Positions 63,961 through 64,000 of a stretch of DNA of 64,000 nt are shown in pieces. The translations under genes were made by a program, and so were the position numbers. Source of the DNA: Camelus dromedarius (lineage: Eukaryota). The notes below the pieces were generated by a model. It saw only the letters and a list, made by a program, of their open reading frames with translations, had not been told where the DNA came from and made no database searches. Every line of letters begins with the position of its first letter. The first letter of the stretch is position 1. The stretch lies in the NCBI RefSeq assembly GCF_036321535.1, contig NC_087437.1, positions 111,168,001 through 111,232,000 of the forward strand, in the 5' to 3' direction.

Positions 63961-64000
63961 AGTGTGTGGGTCCTTCTGTTGAGGGTGGGAGAGCTGATTA

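Overview
Mammalian genomic DNA, very likely from a camelid (alpaca, llama or camel), judged from five copies of a tRNA-derived SINE of the camelid Vic-1 type. About 62 kb is gene-free, repeat-rich sequence (L1, L2/MIR, MaLR/ERVL/ERV1 LTRs, hAT and Tigger MITEs). It lies upstream of the CpG-island promoter and first coding exon of HUNK (ATG 63314, splice donor 63575). No other intact gene is supported, and almost all ORFs in the track are chance or repeat-derived. The most interesting structure is retrotranspositional: (1) two same-family solo LTRs inserted tail-to-tail 165 bp apart, forming a ~640-bp-arm inverted repeat; (2) a polyadenylated, TSD-flanked retrocopy containing only the R region of that LTR family; (3) a processed, 5'-truncated OR5M8-like olfactory receptor retrocopy inside an old L1; (4) an ORF1-only (HAL1-like) L1; (5) an unidentified exon-like relic interrupted by an L1. 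Repeat family names come from recalled consensus similarity, not a database search, and many repeat boundaries are approximate.
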